NCBI GenBank assembly: GCA_963705105.1
Contig: CAVPIW010000009.1
Location: 160,001 to 224,000, forward strand
DNA length: 64,000 nucleotides
Origin: an uncultured Nitrospiraceae bacterium
GTDB lineage: Bacteria > Nitrospirota > Thermodesulfovibrionia > Thermodesulfovibrionales > Dissulfurispiraceae
Direction of reading: 5' to 3'
The first letter of the stretch is position 1; each line of letters begins with the position of its first letter. Shown piece after piece: positions 1 through 9,665 of the stretch. A program made the translations under genes and the position numbers. The notes beneath the pieces are model-generated. The model had not been told where the DNA came from and ran no database searches. It saw nothing but the letters and a program-made list of their open reading frames with translations.

Positions 1-1
1 C

Positions 2-136
2 CTCCTGTCATTCCAGGACCAGCGCGCCGTGAGCGAGGCAGCGGTCACGGCCGATCTCATAAGCCTGTACAAGGCCCTTGGAGGAGGCTGGACATCCCTT
101 GCCCCGGAGGCAACTGAAGCCGGGGCAACACAATGA
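2..136 (+). CDS. C-terminus of NodT/TolC-family outer membrane efflux protein (partial, runs off window start)
   Basis: Frame 2 reads LLSFQDQ...LISLYKALGGGW...*; YKALGGGW is the typical OMF lipoprotein C-terminal motif; lies directly upstream of an MFP gene. Confidence 0.85.
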   Translation, partial: LLSFQDQRAVSEAAVTADLISLYKALGGGWTSLAPEATEAGATQ

Positions 137-147
137 GGAGTCACTTC

Positions 148-1446
148 ATGAAAAACACGGAAACGGAACAGTCGGCGGATGTCGCCACACAACTAAAACT
201 TCAGGGGTCCCCGATGCAGCGCCGGAAACTGAAGGGTCCGTTGATCTGGATCGCCATTATTGCACTCGTGATCGCCGTCGCAGGCATCGCGCTGATCATG
301 AGGAACGGGAACGATAAGGTGCAGTACAAATCGCAGGCGGCGGAGCGAGGAAATCTCGTCGTGACCGTATCTGCAACGGGCACATTGAAACCCACCAACC
401 AGGTGGACGTGGGCAGCGAACTGTCGGGTATCGTGAAAACCGTCGAAGTCCGCGATAATGACCAGGTGAAAGTCGGCCAGGTGCTGGCGCGGCTCGACAC
501 GTCAAAGCTCGAGTCGCAGGTGCTGCAGACGAGATCCGCCCTGGAATCGGCACAGGCGAAGGTGCTTCAGACGAAGGCGAGCGTGCAGGAGACGGAGGAA
601 AAGCTGGCCCGTTTTGCCAGGGTTCGCGAGTTAAGCGGCGGCAGGGTGCCTTCCCAACTGGAGATGGACGCGGCGAAGGCCGCCCTCGAACGGGCCCGGG
701 CCGACGAGGCCGCCGCCAAAGCGGCCGTCTCTCAGGCCCAGGCCACCCTGGACGTCAACCTGACGGACCTTTCGAAGGCGGTGATCCGCTCCCCGATCAA
801 CGGAGTGGTGCTCAAACGGTCCGTTGAGCCGGGGCAGACCGTGGCCGCCTCTTTTCAGGCGCCCGTTCTCTTCACACTGGCGGAAGACCTTGCCGAGATG
901 GAGCTTCACGTAAATGTCGACGAGGCCGACGTGGGAAAGGTGCAGAGCAGACAGGAGGCGACGTTTACCGTTGACGCCTATCAGGACAGGAGCTACCCCG
1001 CCCGCATATCGACGGTACGCTTCGGCTCACAAACGGTCGAGGGCGTCGTGACCTATGAAACCGTTCTGAAGGTGGACAACACGGACCGGTCGCTCCGGCC
1101 GGGGATGACGGCCAACGCCGTCATCACGGTCAACAAAATCGAACAGGCCCTTCTCATTCCGAACGCTGCGCTGCGATTCTCACCGCCGGCGCAGCAACAG
1201 GGCGGGTCTTCCGGCAGAGGAAATCTGGTCTCCAGACTCTTCCCGCGGCCGCCTGCCGGTCCGTCGAAACAGAAAACGGATGAAAATGTGAACAAGGCGC
1301 AGAAACGGGTCTGGATCTTGCGGAACGGACAGTTAGAGCCGGTCACCGTGACAACGGGGGCAACCGACGGTATCATGACCGAAGTGACGGAAGGTCCCAT
1401 CGAACCCGGCACAGCCCTGGTGATCGACACAGTCACCGGGAAGTAA
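148..1446 (+). CDS. MacA-like efflux membrane fusion (periplasmic adaptor) protein
   Basis: N-terminal TM helix; VSATGTLKP..VDVGSELSG, IRSPINGVV and VDEADVG motifs; ATG at 148 follows GAGGAG (ORF track starts at 133). Confidence 0.9.
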   Translation: MKNTETEQSADVATQLKLQGSPMQRRKLKGPLIWIAIIALVIAVAGIALIMRNGNDKVQYKSQAAERGNLVVTVSATGTLKPTNQVDVGSELSGIVKTVEVRDNDQVKVGQVLARLDTSKLESQVLQTRSALESAQAKVLQTKASVQETEEKLARFARVRELSGGRVPSQLEMDAAKAALERARADEAAAKAAVSQAQATLDVNLTDLSKAVIRSPINGVVLKRSVEPGQTVAASFQAPVLFTLAEDLAEMELHVNVDEADVGKVQSRQEATFTVDAYQDRSYPARISTVRFGSQTVEGVVTYETVLKVDNTDRSLRPGMTANAVITVNKIEQALLIPNAALRFSPPAQQQGGSSGRGNLVSRLFPRPPAGPSKQKTDENVNKAQKRVWILRNGQLEPVTVTTGATDGIMTEVTEGPIEPGTALVIDTVTGK

Positions 1447-1451
1447 GGACG

Positions 1452-2177
1452 ATGACATCCACTGACGGAAAAGGGATTCATCCCCTCATAGAGATGAAGG
1501 GGGTGACAAAGGTCTACGGGACGGGTACGGCCGCCATGATGGCGCTGCGTGGCGTCGATCTGTGCATCGAGGAAGGAGAGTTCGTCGCAGTGATGGGGTC
1601 CAGCGGCTCCGGCAAGAGCACATGCATGAACATTCTGGGTTGCCTGGACACCCCCACGGCGGGAACGTATACCTTCAAAGGTGTTGATGTCGGGGGTCTT
1701 TCGCGCGATCAAAGGGCTCTGTTACGCCGCCATTATCTCGGCTTTGTGTTTCAGGGATTCAATCTCCTGAACCGTACTTCGGCGCTGGAGAACGTGGAGC
1801 TGCCCCTGATCTACCGCAACTTTCCTGCGGCGGAGAGACGTGAGCGGGCACGACAGGCCCTGGAAGCGGTGGGCTTGAAAGGCTGGGAGACCCATAGTCC
1901 CGGCGAACTTTCCGGTGGACAACAGCAGAGGGTCGCCATCGCCCGTGCCATCGTCACGCGGCCGGCCGTGCTGCTGGCCGATGAACCCACGGGGAACCTG
2001 GACACGGCCCGCAGCAGGGAAATCATGGACCTGCTCACCTCCTTCAACAGTGATCAGGGGATCACCATCGTCATGGTCACCCATGAGCATGATATGGCCG
2101 CTTATGCGCGGCGCATCGTCCGCTTCGTCGACGGCATGGTGGAAGGGACCGGAAACGACCGGGAGGCTGCCGCATGA
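1452..2177 (+). CDS. ABC transporter ATP-binding subunit (LolD/MacB-type)
   Basis: Walker [39 protein letters not shown]. Confidence 0.95.
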   Translation: MTSTDGKGIHPLIEMKGVTKVYGTGTAAMMALRGVDLCIEEGEFVAVMGSSGSGKSTCMNILGCLDTPTAGTYTFKGVDVGGLSRDQRALLRRHYLGFVFQGFNLLNRTSALENVELPLIYRNFPAAERRERARQALEAVGLKGWETHSPGELSGGQQQRVAIARAIVTRPAVLLADEPTGNLDTARSREIMDLLTSFNSDQGITIVMVTHEHDMAAYARRIVRFVDGMVEGTGNDREAAA

Positions 2178-3379
2178 TCGGCAATGCCCTGCAACTGGCC
2201 CTGAGGGAAATACGCCGCAATGCCATGCGTTCTTTTCTGACGATCCTCGGCATCGTCATTGGCGTCGCCTCTGTCATCGTCATGGTGACCATCGGCAGCG
2301 GGGCGACGGTCCAGGTGGCGCAACAGATCTCGAGCATGGGAAGCAACCTGCTGATCATCCGGGTGGGACAGAGCATGGGGCCGGGACAGACAGCCGGCGC
2401 CACACCTTTCAAGGAAGGCGATGCCGAGGCGATCAAACGGGAAATCGCCTCGATAAAAGCTGTCGCGCCCTCCTCGTCCCGTTCCCTGATGGCCATATTC
2501 GGGAATGAAAACTGGTCAACGAATGTAACGGGCACCGACAACGAGTTTCTCAGGGCCAGGAACTGGTCGATCAAGGCGGGCCGCGAGTTCACGGGCGGCG
2601 AACTCCGTTCCGGCGCGGCTGTCTGCATCATAGGAGCGACGGTGCGCGAGAAGCTCTTCGGCGGTCAGGATCCCCTGGGCAGGGAGCTCCGCCTGAAAAA
2701 TCTCTCCTGCGAGGTGACAGGACTGCTCGAAGCCAAAGGCCAATCGGCAATGGGGACGGATCAGGACGATATCGTGCTGATCCCGCTGCGCGCTTTTCAG
2801 CGCCGCATTTCAGGCAATCAGGATGTCGGCATCATCCAGGTGTCGGTCATGGACGGTGCGTCAACGGAGAAGGTCCAGAGGGATCTCGAGAGGCTCCTGC
2901 GCGAGCGGCGCCACATCTCTCCCTCGGAGGAGGACGATTTCAATGTGAGGGACATGAAAGAGATCGCAAAAACGCTCACCGGGACAACGCAGGTGCTTAC
3001 CGCCCTGCTCGGCGCCGTCGCCGCCGTCAGCCTCCTCGTCGGGGGCATCGGCATCATGAACATCATGCTCGTGTCCGTCACGGAACGCACCCGGGAGATC
3101 GGCATCAGACTGGCCATCGGCGCATTGGAGCGCGAGGTGCTGATGCAGTTCCTCGTCGAGGCCGTGGCGCTCTCCTCCTTCGGTGGCATCGTCGGCATCG
3201 TGCTGGCCCTTGCCGCATCGGTCGTGCTCACCGGCATGCTGCAGGTCCCGTTTATCTTCAACGCCGGCATCGTCGTCGTCGCATTCCTGTTCTCAGCCGC
3301 CGTGGGCGTCGTGTTCGGCTTTTTCCCGGCCCGCAAAGCGGCGAGACTCAACCCCATCGACGCGCTAAGGCACGAATAA
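2174..3379 (+). CDS. MacB/FtsX-family ABC permease
   Basis: [58 protein letters not shown]. Confidence 0.95.
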   Translation: MIGNALQLALREIRRNAMRSFLTILGIVIGVASVIVMVTIGSGATVQVAQQISSMGSNLLIIRVGQSMGPGQTAGATPFKEGDAEAIKREIASIKAVAPSSSRSLMAIFGNENWSTNVTGTDNEFLRARNWSIKAGREFTGGELRSGAAVCIIGATVREKLFGGQDPLGRELRLKNLSCEVTGLLEAKGQSAMGTDQDDIVLIPLRAFQRRISGNQDVGIIQVSVMDGASTEKVQRDLERLLRERRHISPSEEDDFNVRDMKEIAKTLTGTTQVLTALLGAVAAVSLLVGGIGIMNIMLVSVTERTREIGIRLAIGALEREVLMQFLVEAVALSSFGGIVGIVLALAASVVLTGMLQVPFIFNAGIVVVAFLFSAAVGVVFGFFPARKAARLNPIDALRHE

Positions 3380-3504
3380 AAAAGGGGGCACACCGATGTG
3401 TCCCTGTTTCTAACTGTAAGGTGTACCTAATGACAAGCATATGGATAGACTTGACCCTGACCCCTTGTCGAGGTTAACAGGATACACAATTTATACGTTG
3501 AATG

Positions 3505-3527
3505 ATGATAGCAGATAATGCTATCAT
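3505..3527 (+). promoter_or_regulatory. Palindromic operator overlapping the putative hicAB promoter
   Basis: ATGATAGCA-N5-TGCTATCAT perfect inverted repeat just before the hicA start. Confidence 0.6.
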
Positions 3528-3529
3528 GA

Positions 3530-3787
3530 TTGATGAAGGCAAAACATCGGCACGTGCTCGAAGCCATCTTCTCGACTCCCACCCGAAGCGGAATTGTGTT
3601 CTCTGAAATAGAGGCGCTCATTGTCTCCCTGGGCGGCGAAGTGCGGGAAGGGGAAGGCTCACGGGTCGTCTTTGAGATAAAGGGCGGCCGGCAGTATATG
3701 CATCGCCCCCACCCGGGGAAGGAGGCGAAGAAATATCAGGTGGAAGAACTGCGAGCGTGGTTCGTTAAGCTGGAGGTCAAACCATGA
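3530..3787 (+). CDS. hicA: HicA-family toxin
   Basis: 85 aa with EGEGSRV...HRPHPGKEAKKYQV; overlaps the start of hicB. Confidence 0.85.
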   Translation: MMKAKHRHVLEAIFSTPTRSGIVFSEIEALIVSLGGEVREGEGSRVVFEIKGGRQYMHRPHPGKEAKKYQVEELRAWFVKLEVKP

Positions 3788-4125
3788 TGAACGTCATGAC
3801 ATACAAGGGATACAAAGCCCGTGTTGAATTCGATCCGCGGAACAGTATTTTCGTGGGGCGAGTTTTGGGAATGGAGGACAGCATCAGTTTCCATGGTGCG
3901 ACGGTCGCCGAGCTGAAAGAGCGTTTTGTTGCAGCGATAACCCACTATATAGCCGACTGCAAGGCAACGGGGCGCAAGCCTGAAAAACCGGCCTCGGGCA
4001 AGGTGCTGCTCCGCATCCCGCCCGAAGTCCACGCCAAGGCCCTCATTGTGGCCCGGGCATCAGGCAAGAGCTTGAACCAGTGGGCTTCCGAGGTCTTCGC
4101 AAAGGCTGCTCACTCTGCCAGATGA
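3784..4125 (+). CDS. hicB: HicB-family antitoxin
   Basis: [11 protein letters not shown]...ISFHG...[13 protein letters not shown]...GKSLNQW (RHH C-terminus). Confidence 0.9.
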   Translation: MMNVMTYKGYKARVEFDPRNSIFVGRVLGMEDSISFHGATVAELKERFVAAITHYIADCKATGRKPEKPASGKVLLRIPPEVHAKALIVARASGKSLNQWASEVFAKAAHSAR

Positions 4126-4155
4126 GCTGAGATGTCCAATAGGGTCCTGGGCGCC

Positions 4156-4249
4156 CCTGTTCTCGGCCGCTGTGGGGGTCGTGTTCGGCTTCTTCCCGGC
4201 CCGCAAAGCGGCGAGACTCAATCCCATCGACGCACTGCGGCATGAATAG
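4156..4249 (+). repeat. Second copy of the last 94 nt of the ABC permease gene (direct repeat of 3286-3379)
   Basis: Codon alignment gives the same peptide [30 protein letters not shown] with 10 synonymous differences. Confidence 0.95.
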
Positions 4250-4320
4250 ACACATCGCTTCGTCTAAAAAATGGGGACAGCGCCCAATAAAAAGAGGTCG
4301 AACCCCCAATTTAAATGGTC

Positions 4321-4382
4321 GCTGTCCCTAATTATTTCAGGTCTCTTACCCGCTGTCCCTAATTATTTCAGGTCTCTTACCC
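4321..4382 (+). repeat. Perfect 31-bp tandem duplication
   Basis: GCTGTCCCTAATTATTTCAGGTCTCTTACCC twice. Confidence 0.95.
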
Positions 4383-4516
4383 GAGGGCGGCCCCCCTCTC
4401 TCTATCGCCCGGCTGATCGTCTTGGGATGCACCCCAAGCTCCGCGGCGATGTCCTTGATATAGACGCCCTTGTCCCTTTGTGTGGTAATATCCATCCAGT
4501 CCTCCTTGTTGAGCAT
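4383..4516 (-). pseudogene. N-terminal fragment of IS21-family transposase (IstA HTH)
   Basis: MLNKEDWMDI...GVYIKDIAAELGVHPKTISRAIERGGPP resembles IstA N-termini; truncated at the tandem repeat. Confidence 0.7.
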
Positions 4517-4595
4517 CCGGCACCTCCTTCGCAGAAGGTACCTTACCATGCCCGGCTTGGAGGACATCTTAGTCCGGCGTTTTGTGGACTATATC

Positions 4596-4995
4596 ATTCG
4601 GCGCTGACACCGATTGGGTGTTGGGCCAGTTCGGCAAGAGGAGAAACAGGGCGCAGAGGGAGTATCAGCAGTTTGTTCATGCGGGAATCGGTCAAAAGAC
4701 CATCTGGAGCGATGTCCGTCGCCAGGCAATCCTGGGGGAAGATGGCTTCATTGACACAATGACGGAGTACCTCAACAGGCACAGGGACATCGCCGATATC
4801 CCCCGCAGTCAGCGATTTGCGAACCGGCCGTCTTTAGAGGCGATATTTGATGAGTCGACGATACCTGGCAGGCGGGAACGGGACTCTGCGATTGTTAAGG
4901 CTGTCGAGGAGTACGGATACCGCCAGCGTGAGGTGGCTGATCACCTGGGCATGTTCTTCACGTCGATAAGCCGTATCCTGAAGGCCAAAAAATGA
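4596..4995 (+). pseudogene. C-terminal fragment of a REP-associated/Y1 (IS200-like) tyrosine transposase with HTH tail
   Basis: TDWVLGQFG..R..AQREYQQFV..G...QAILGEDGF...IPRSQR...YGYRQREVADHLG..SISRIL; the HUH catalytic N-terminus is absent. Confidence 0.65.
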
Positions 4996-5114
4996 AATGG
5001 GCAATCAAAGGGACGTTCCCGTCGCTGCTATAGAGCAATCGTCAAGATCGAGGATCTCCTTCTTTTCGTGTCTCTTCGGGCGCGGTATAATTCAAAAATG
5101 TTAAACTGCATATT

Positions 5115-6414
5115 ATGGGAACATCATTGAAAACTATCCATAAAATAGTTCACGGTGACAGCAGGCAGATGAACCTGCTGGCTGATAAATCGGTCCATCT
5201 GGTCATCACTTCACCCCCATACTGGCAACTAAAGGACTACGGCACAGAGGATCAGATCGGCTTTCACGAAAGCTATGAGAGCTATATCAATAATCTGAAT
5301 CTTGTATGGAAAGAATGCCATCGGGTATTGCATCCGGGGTGCCGGCTTTGCATCAACATCGGCGACCAGTTCGCCCGATCGGTCTATTATGGCCGATACA
5401 AGGTGATACCCATAAGAACCGAGATCATTAAATTCTGTGAAACCATAGGATTCGACTATATGGGCGCCGTCATCTGGCAGAAAGTTACCACGTGCAATAC
5501 GACCGGCGGCGCCACAATAATGGGAAGTTTCCCCTACCCCCGAAACGGCATTTTAAAGCTGGACTATGAATTCATTCTCCTTTTCAAGAAACAAGGGGTT
5601 CCGCCGGTCCCGACGAAGGAACAAAAAGAACATTCCGTAATAACGACAGAAGACTGGAACACGTATTTTGCAGGGCACTGGTACTTTGCCGGGACAAAGC
5701 AGGACGGTCACATTGCCATGTTTCCGGAAGAATTGCCTGCGCGTCTGATAAAGATGTTCTCCTTTTGGGGGGAGATCGATTTTGGACCCGTTTCTGGGCA
5801 GCGGCACGACGTCGCTTGCCGCCCGCAATTTAGGCCGCAACTCCGTCGGCTACGAAATCAACCCGGGATTCATTTCAATCATCAGAGAGAAGCTGAATGT
5901 CGATCAGCCGGACCTTGCAGGCACAGAATACGTGTTTCAAAATGACAGAGTAAAAACCGACCTGAATGAAGAAATTGAAAAGCTTCCCTTCATTTTCAGA
6001 GACCCTCATAAACTCGACAAGAAGATTGACCCGAAGAAGCTTCAGTTCGGGTCAAAGATTGATAGGGACAGCGGCGACAGGGAAGTCTATTATTCCGTCA
6101 AAGAAGTGATCAGTCCCGAGTTGCTGAAACTGAACAACGGCCTGGTTATTCGGCTTATCGGGGTAAAGGAAAAACAAACCGCAAACGGGCAGGCTATCGA
6201 TTTCCTGACTGAGAAAACAAAAGGGCAAAAGGTGTTCATGAAGTTTGATGATCAGAAATATGACGACAGAAACAACCTGCTCTGCTATCTTTACCTGAGC
6301 AATAAAACGTTTATCAATGCCCATTTGATCAGGGACGGCTTGGCGGATGTTGACGTCTCATCCGATTTTCGATACAAAGACAAGTTTCTGAAGCTCGGAG
6401 CACAGAATGGCTAA
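5115..6414 (+). pseudogene. N4/N6 DNA methyltransferase (beta class) with C-terminal thermonuclease-like domain, split by a frameshift near 5770-5780
   Basis: Motif IV TSPPY in ORF 5115-5945; motif I LDPFLGSGTT in ORF 5782-6414; C-terminus IRLIGV...LLCYLYL..TFINAHLIRDGLA is SNase-like. Confidence 0.8.
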
Positions 6415-6526
6415 AGAGTGGATTCTGAATAGCGCGATGAACCGTTTCCAATTGAATTTCAAACGGAACGTCGGCCCGACATCCGAAAGCATACGGCAAT
6501 GCTCACCGCAATGTTGCTTCTCATAG
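6407..6526 (+). pseudogene. N-terminal stub of a type II restriction endonuclease (MjaI-like)
   Basis: MAKEWILNSAMNRFQLNFKRNVGPTSESIRQCSP then an early stop; start overlaps the MTase stop; family recalled, not searched. Confidence 0.55.
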
Positions 6527-6535
6527 CTACACAAA

Positions 6536-6862
6536 TCAAGCGTTCAGTAATCGCCGCTGAAGGAGCGACTGCATGTCACGACGGCCGTCGACAATCAGCA
6601 GGACAAAGACATTCTTATCAATAACGCGGTAAATAATGCGGTAGGGTTTGAAAAAAATCTCCCGGTATTCGCGAATCCCTAGCGCGAGAAGTTCCTTGGG
6701 GTAAACACCCCCGTCCGGGAATTCGGACAACCGGGAAAGAGCTTTTTCGATTTGTGTTAAGACGTAGTCGGCCTTTCGGGGCGTATCATGCAGAGCGATG
6801 TAACCATAGAGTTCCTCAAGATCACGTGCTGCATCGCCGGTCAGCAAAACAATGAAGGGCAT
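6536..6862 (-). CDS. RelE/ParE-family toxin
   Basis: VLLTGDAARDLEELYGYIA...REIFFKPYRIIYRV...DGRRD. Confidence 0.85.
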   Translation of the reverse strand: MPFIVLLTGDAARDLEELYGYIALHDTPRKADYVLTQIEKALSRLSEFPDGGVYPKELLALGIREYREIFFKPYRIIYRVIDKNVFVLLIVDGRRDMQSLLQRRLLNA

Positions 6863-7137
6863 CAGCGCATCTCCCACCGCTCCCGAAGACGCTTTATCAC
6901 ATCCTCAGCCGGCGAAACGCTGCCTTCTTCAACCTGCCGCATCCCGAGTGCCAGGATTTTCAGGAGGGCCATTGTCTGCTGGGTTTGCTCGTAGCTGTCG
7001 ATGTCTTGTATGACCACCTTGGCTTCGCCGTTCTGGGTAATGATCATCGGCTCCTGTTGTCCGGCAAGGCTCCGTACGATTTCTGCGGCGTGGGCCTTCA
7101 GGTAGCTGATGGGCCTGATCTGGCGTGACAGTTTCAT
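6862..7137 (-). CDS. Phd/YefM-family antitoxin
   Basis: IRPISYLKAHAAEIV...PMIITQNGEAKVVIQDIDSYE; coupled to the RelE/ParE gene. Confidence 0.9.
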   Translation of the reverse strand: MKLSRQIRPISYLKAHAAEIVRSLAGQQEPMIITQNGEAKVVIQDIDSYEQTQQTMALLKILALGMRQVEEGSVSPAEDVIKRLRERWEMR

Positions 7138-7445
7138 GAGAGCGCCTCCATTTCCGAAGTATGACATAATTTAGTCCATAAACAGGTCGTCTGTCAAGGA
7201 CAGCTTTGCATTCTGCAAGAACCTGCTCCTTCGGCTGTTTTCCCAACGGGATGATGTTCGGACTTCTTGAAAAGGGGGCGCGGGAGCCGGGCAGGCGGGC
7301 CTACACGTCGATCAAGACCCATCCGCAGAAAACAAAGGTGCGTCTTTCGGGCCGTGTTGTCATGAAGCGGAAGGAAGGCTTCGCCGAGTGGCAACTGCTT
7401 GAGGACAACGGGAATTGGAATAGGAAAAATACAACCCATCCCATC

Positions 7446-7757
7446 TCAAATGTCGAGGGCAAAGCGGATTGCGCGGCCGACGTCGGCCATTTTTGCACGC
7501 GGCAGGGAAGCGATCAACGCACCTATTTTCGTCTTCGAAACCGTCTGCAGGTGATCACAATTGACAGCACAATCCTGGGGCATGCCCTCGGCTTTCGAGA
7601 GAAAGACTTCAGACGGTATATTGCGGACCGTCGTTGTGACGGGAGCCACGGTCACCTCACCGAGGTATTCCAACACGGAATCCCGCGTCAGTATGAGAAC
7701 AGGACGTTTCTTATCGGGCGCCCGGAATTTGTACCAGCGTATTTCGCCGTGTTTCAT
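7446..7757 (-). CDS. MazF/PemK-family toxin
   Basis: GEIRWY..PDKKRPVLILTR...VTVAPVTT...AVNCDHLQTV. Confidence 0.9.
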   Translation of the reverse strand: MKHGEIRWYKFRAPDKKRPVLILTRDSVLEYLGEVTVAPVTTTVRNIPSEVFLSKAEGMPQDCAVNCDHLQTVSKTKIGALIASLPRAKMADVGRAIRFALDI

Positions 7758-7987
7758 TCATCACCCCAGGCCTGCTCAGCCTCCCAGAGGGAAAACTCAT
7801 CGTCGGTTGTCGGGTATCGTTCATACCCGCGGCGATGCTTGCGCTCAAGCTGCTCAAGGCTATAACGGGCGAGCGCGTCGCGAAGCGCCTTTCTTGTGAA
7901 AGCAGAGCGGCTTGTGCGGAGTTCCTTTGAAACCCGGTCGACCGCCTTAACAAGATCATCATCAAGGGTCATCTGAACGGTCTTCAT
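7754..7987 (-). CDS. Ribbon-helix-helix (CopG-like) antitoxin
   Basis: MKTVQMTLDDDLVKAVD...SRSAFTRKALR; overlaps the mazF start. Confidence 0.85.
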   Translation of the reverse strand: MKTVQMTLDDDLVKAVDRVSKELRTSRSAFTRKALRDALARYSLEQLERKHRRGYERYPTTDDEFSLWEAEQAWGDE

Positions 7988-7996
7988 ATCGCACCT

Positions 7997-8047
7997 CGCA
8001 ATGTGGCTTCTTATAGCTATAATATTCCACATTGCGGGGCCTGTCAA
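7997..8047 (-). promoter_or_regulatory. Promoter and operator of the RHH/MazF pair
   Basis: TTGACA on the minus strand and an inverted repeat CGCAATGTGG...CCACATTGCG. Confidence 0.55.
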
Positions 8048-8122
8048 ATAGTTTTGACAGCAGGAGGGTCAGGAAACACGGACGGACGGGCAGACTGAAA
8101 CGATTCTTCGCTTTCATCGGAA

Positions 8123-8314
8123 TTACAAAATCTCCTTTACGCGTCCTACCTCGCCGCTTTCAAGGCGGACCTTGATCCCGTGCGGGTGGGCCGGTGAATT
8201 CGTCAGAATGTCTCTTACGATCCCCTCCGTCAGTTTCCCTGTCCGCTGATCCTTTTTCATGACGACCGAAACACGAAGTCCCGGTCTTATGTCGCACCTT
8301 TTCGTTCCATCCAT
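8123..8314 (-). CDS. YwbE-family (DUF2196) small protein
   Basis: KKDQRTGKLTEGIVRDILTNS..HPHGIKVRL..GEVGRV. Confidence 0.85.
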   Translation of the reverse strand: MDGTKRCDIRPGLRVSVVMKKDQRTGKLTEGIVRDILTNSPAHPHGIKVRLESGEVGRVKEIL

Positions 8315-8448
8315 ACAATAGTCTCCTGCCGTGAGAAGTCCTTCTGATTATACACCGATAGGAAAAATAGCAGCAGCAAAAAAGGGGCAGCGTCCAATAA
8401 AAAAATCCGGCGCCAATCAAACGTGGGGTGTCCCTTTTTTGGGTACTC

Positions 8449-9633
8449 CTACCCCGTGTCGGGATCGGGCAGATATCTGAGAGAATGGAGGATCTGTGCG
8501 ACACTTAATGCCGTCAGAATCCCCAGGATCGCAATCCCGCTGAGAACGGCGCCAAGGGCGCCGACTGCGACGGCAAGGAAAGCCAGGGCGTAGTGCGGAA
8601 GGGCGAAACGCAATGCCTCACGAGGCGGCTTGCCCGGGTATGAGGAGAGAAAGATCGTATTCAGCGAAAACATGCAAACCCCGGCAGAGGCGCAGACAAT
8701 CCATGCCTCCTGGGCAGGCATCATCTCACGAGGCGCCAGCAGCATCAATTTCTTGATACCGACAGCCACGGAGGCGATGCCCATGGTCAGCGGCAAGTGT
8801 GAGTAAAGCCATTGCTGATACGCCCTGACATGATTTCTCGAGGTGAGTTGTCTCGTTCCGGCGCCCCTGACTCCCTCAAAGTATCCCCACCAAAGGGTGA
8901 AGGCGATAATCAATCCCATGACCCCGGAAGCGCCGACGACCAGCGTCAACCGGTCCGCTCCGATGCCCATGACGACGCCGACCACGGCTTCCCCGATGAC
9001 GATGATGGTAAAGAGACCGAAACGCTCGGGGAGGTGCATAAGATGGGGAGGGAACCTGGCATGGAGTTGTCCGGCTGTAACAGGGGCCAGGAAATCGACG
9101 GCCATCGCCAGATACCACATAAGGAAGCGGTGCGGCGCCGGTATCAGAACCGATGCCGCCCACAGGGTGGCTGCGCCCCCGAAGCCGATCATGTACCGGT
9201 TGATGAGGGGGCGGACATGGGGTATGTGCCTTCCGGCCCGAAAGTATTCGGCCACCAATATGTAGCGCACCGCTGCATAGGACAGGGCGAAGCCTGCCGA
9301 GCTTTTGCCGAGGGCATCGGGCAGGTGCACAATGAGCGACGCGACGGCCACGATCTGCAGCATGGTGATAAGCCTGTGCACGAGGTCGTCGGAATCGAAA
9401 CGGGTCAGATAGAAGGTGTGGCCGACCCATGCCCACCAGACCGGTACGAAGAGAATGGAGAAATGCAGCAGTCCCGTCGGTGAGTAGTCTCTGTGCAGAT
9501 TCCCGGCGAGCTGTGAGACGGCCGCGACAAAGACAAGGTCATAGAAGAGCTCCAGCCATGTCGCGTGGCGTTCACTTGCCTCGCCGGCTGCGGTCCTCAG
9601 CCTCGGCGGTCTGATGAGTCCCTTCCTCAGCAT
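8449..9633 (-). CDS. Low temperature requirement protein A family membrane protein
   Basis: ERHATWLELFYDLVFV and HLPERFGLFTIIVIGE motifs; multiple TM helices. Confidence 0.9.
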   Translation of the reverse strand: MLRKGLIRPPRLRTAAGEASERHATWLELFYDLVFVAAVSQLAGNLHRDYSPTGLLHFSILFVPVWWAWVGHTFYLTRFDSDDLVHRLITMLQIVAVASLIVHLPDALGKSSAGFALSYAAVRYILVAEYFRAGRHIPHVRPLINRYMIGFGGAATLWAASVLIPAPHRFLMWYLAMAVDFLAPVTAGQLHARFPPHLMHLPERFGLFTIIVIGEAVVGVVMGIGADRLTLVVGASGVMGLIIAFTLWWGYFEGVRGAGTRQLTSRNHVRAYQQWLYSHLPLTMGIASVAVGIKKLMLLAPREMMPAQEAWIVCASAGVCMFSLNTIFLSSYPGKPPREALRFALPHYALAFLAVAVGALGAVLSGIAILGILTALSVAQILHSLRYLPDPDTG

Positions 9634-9665
9634 GTCAGTTTATTGTATGTTCTCTTTGTTCTCTG

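Noticed and set aside
3286..4249. Permease repeat as a diversity-generating retroelement TR/VR pair
   Set aside because: Differences are synonymous and not adenine-specific, and no DGR reverse transcriptase is present.
7194..7440. Possible gene fragment between the two TA pairs
   Set aside because: No recognisable motif in any frame.
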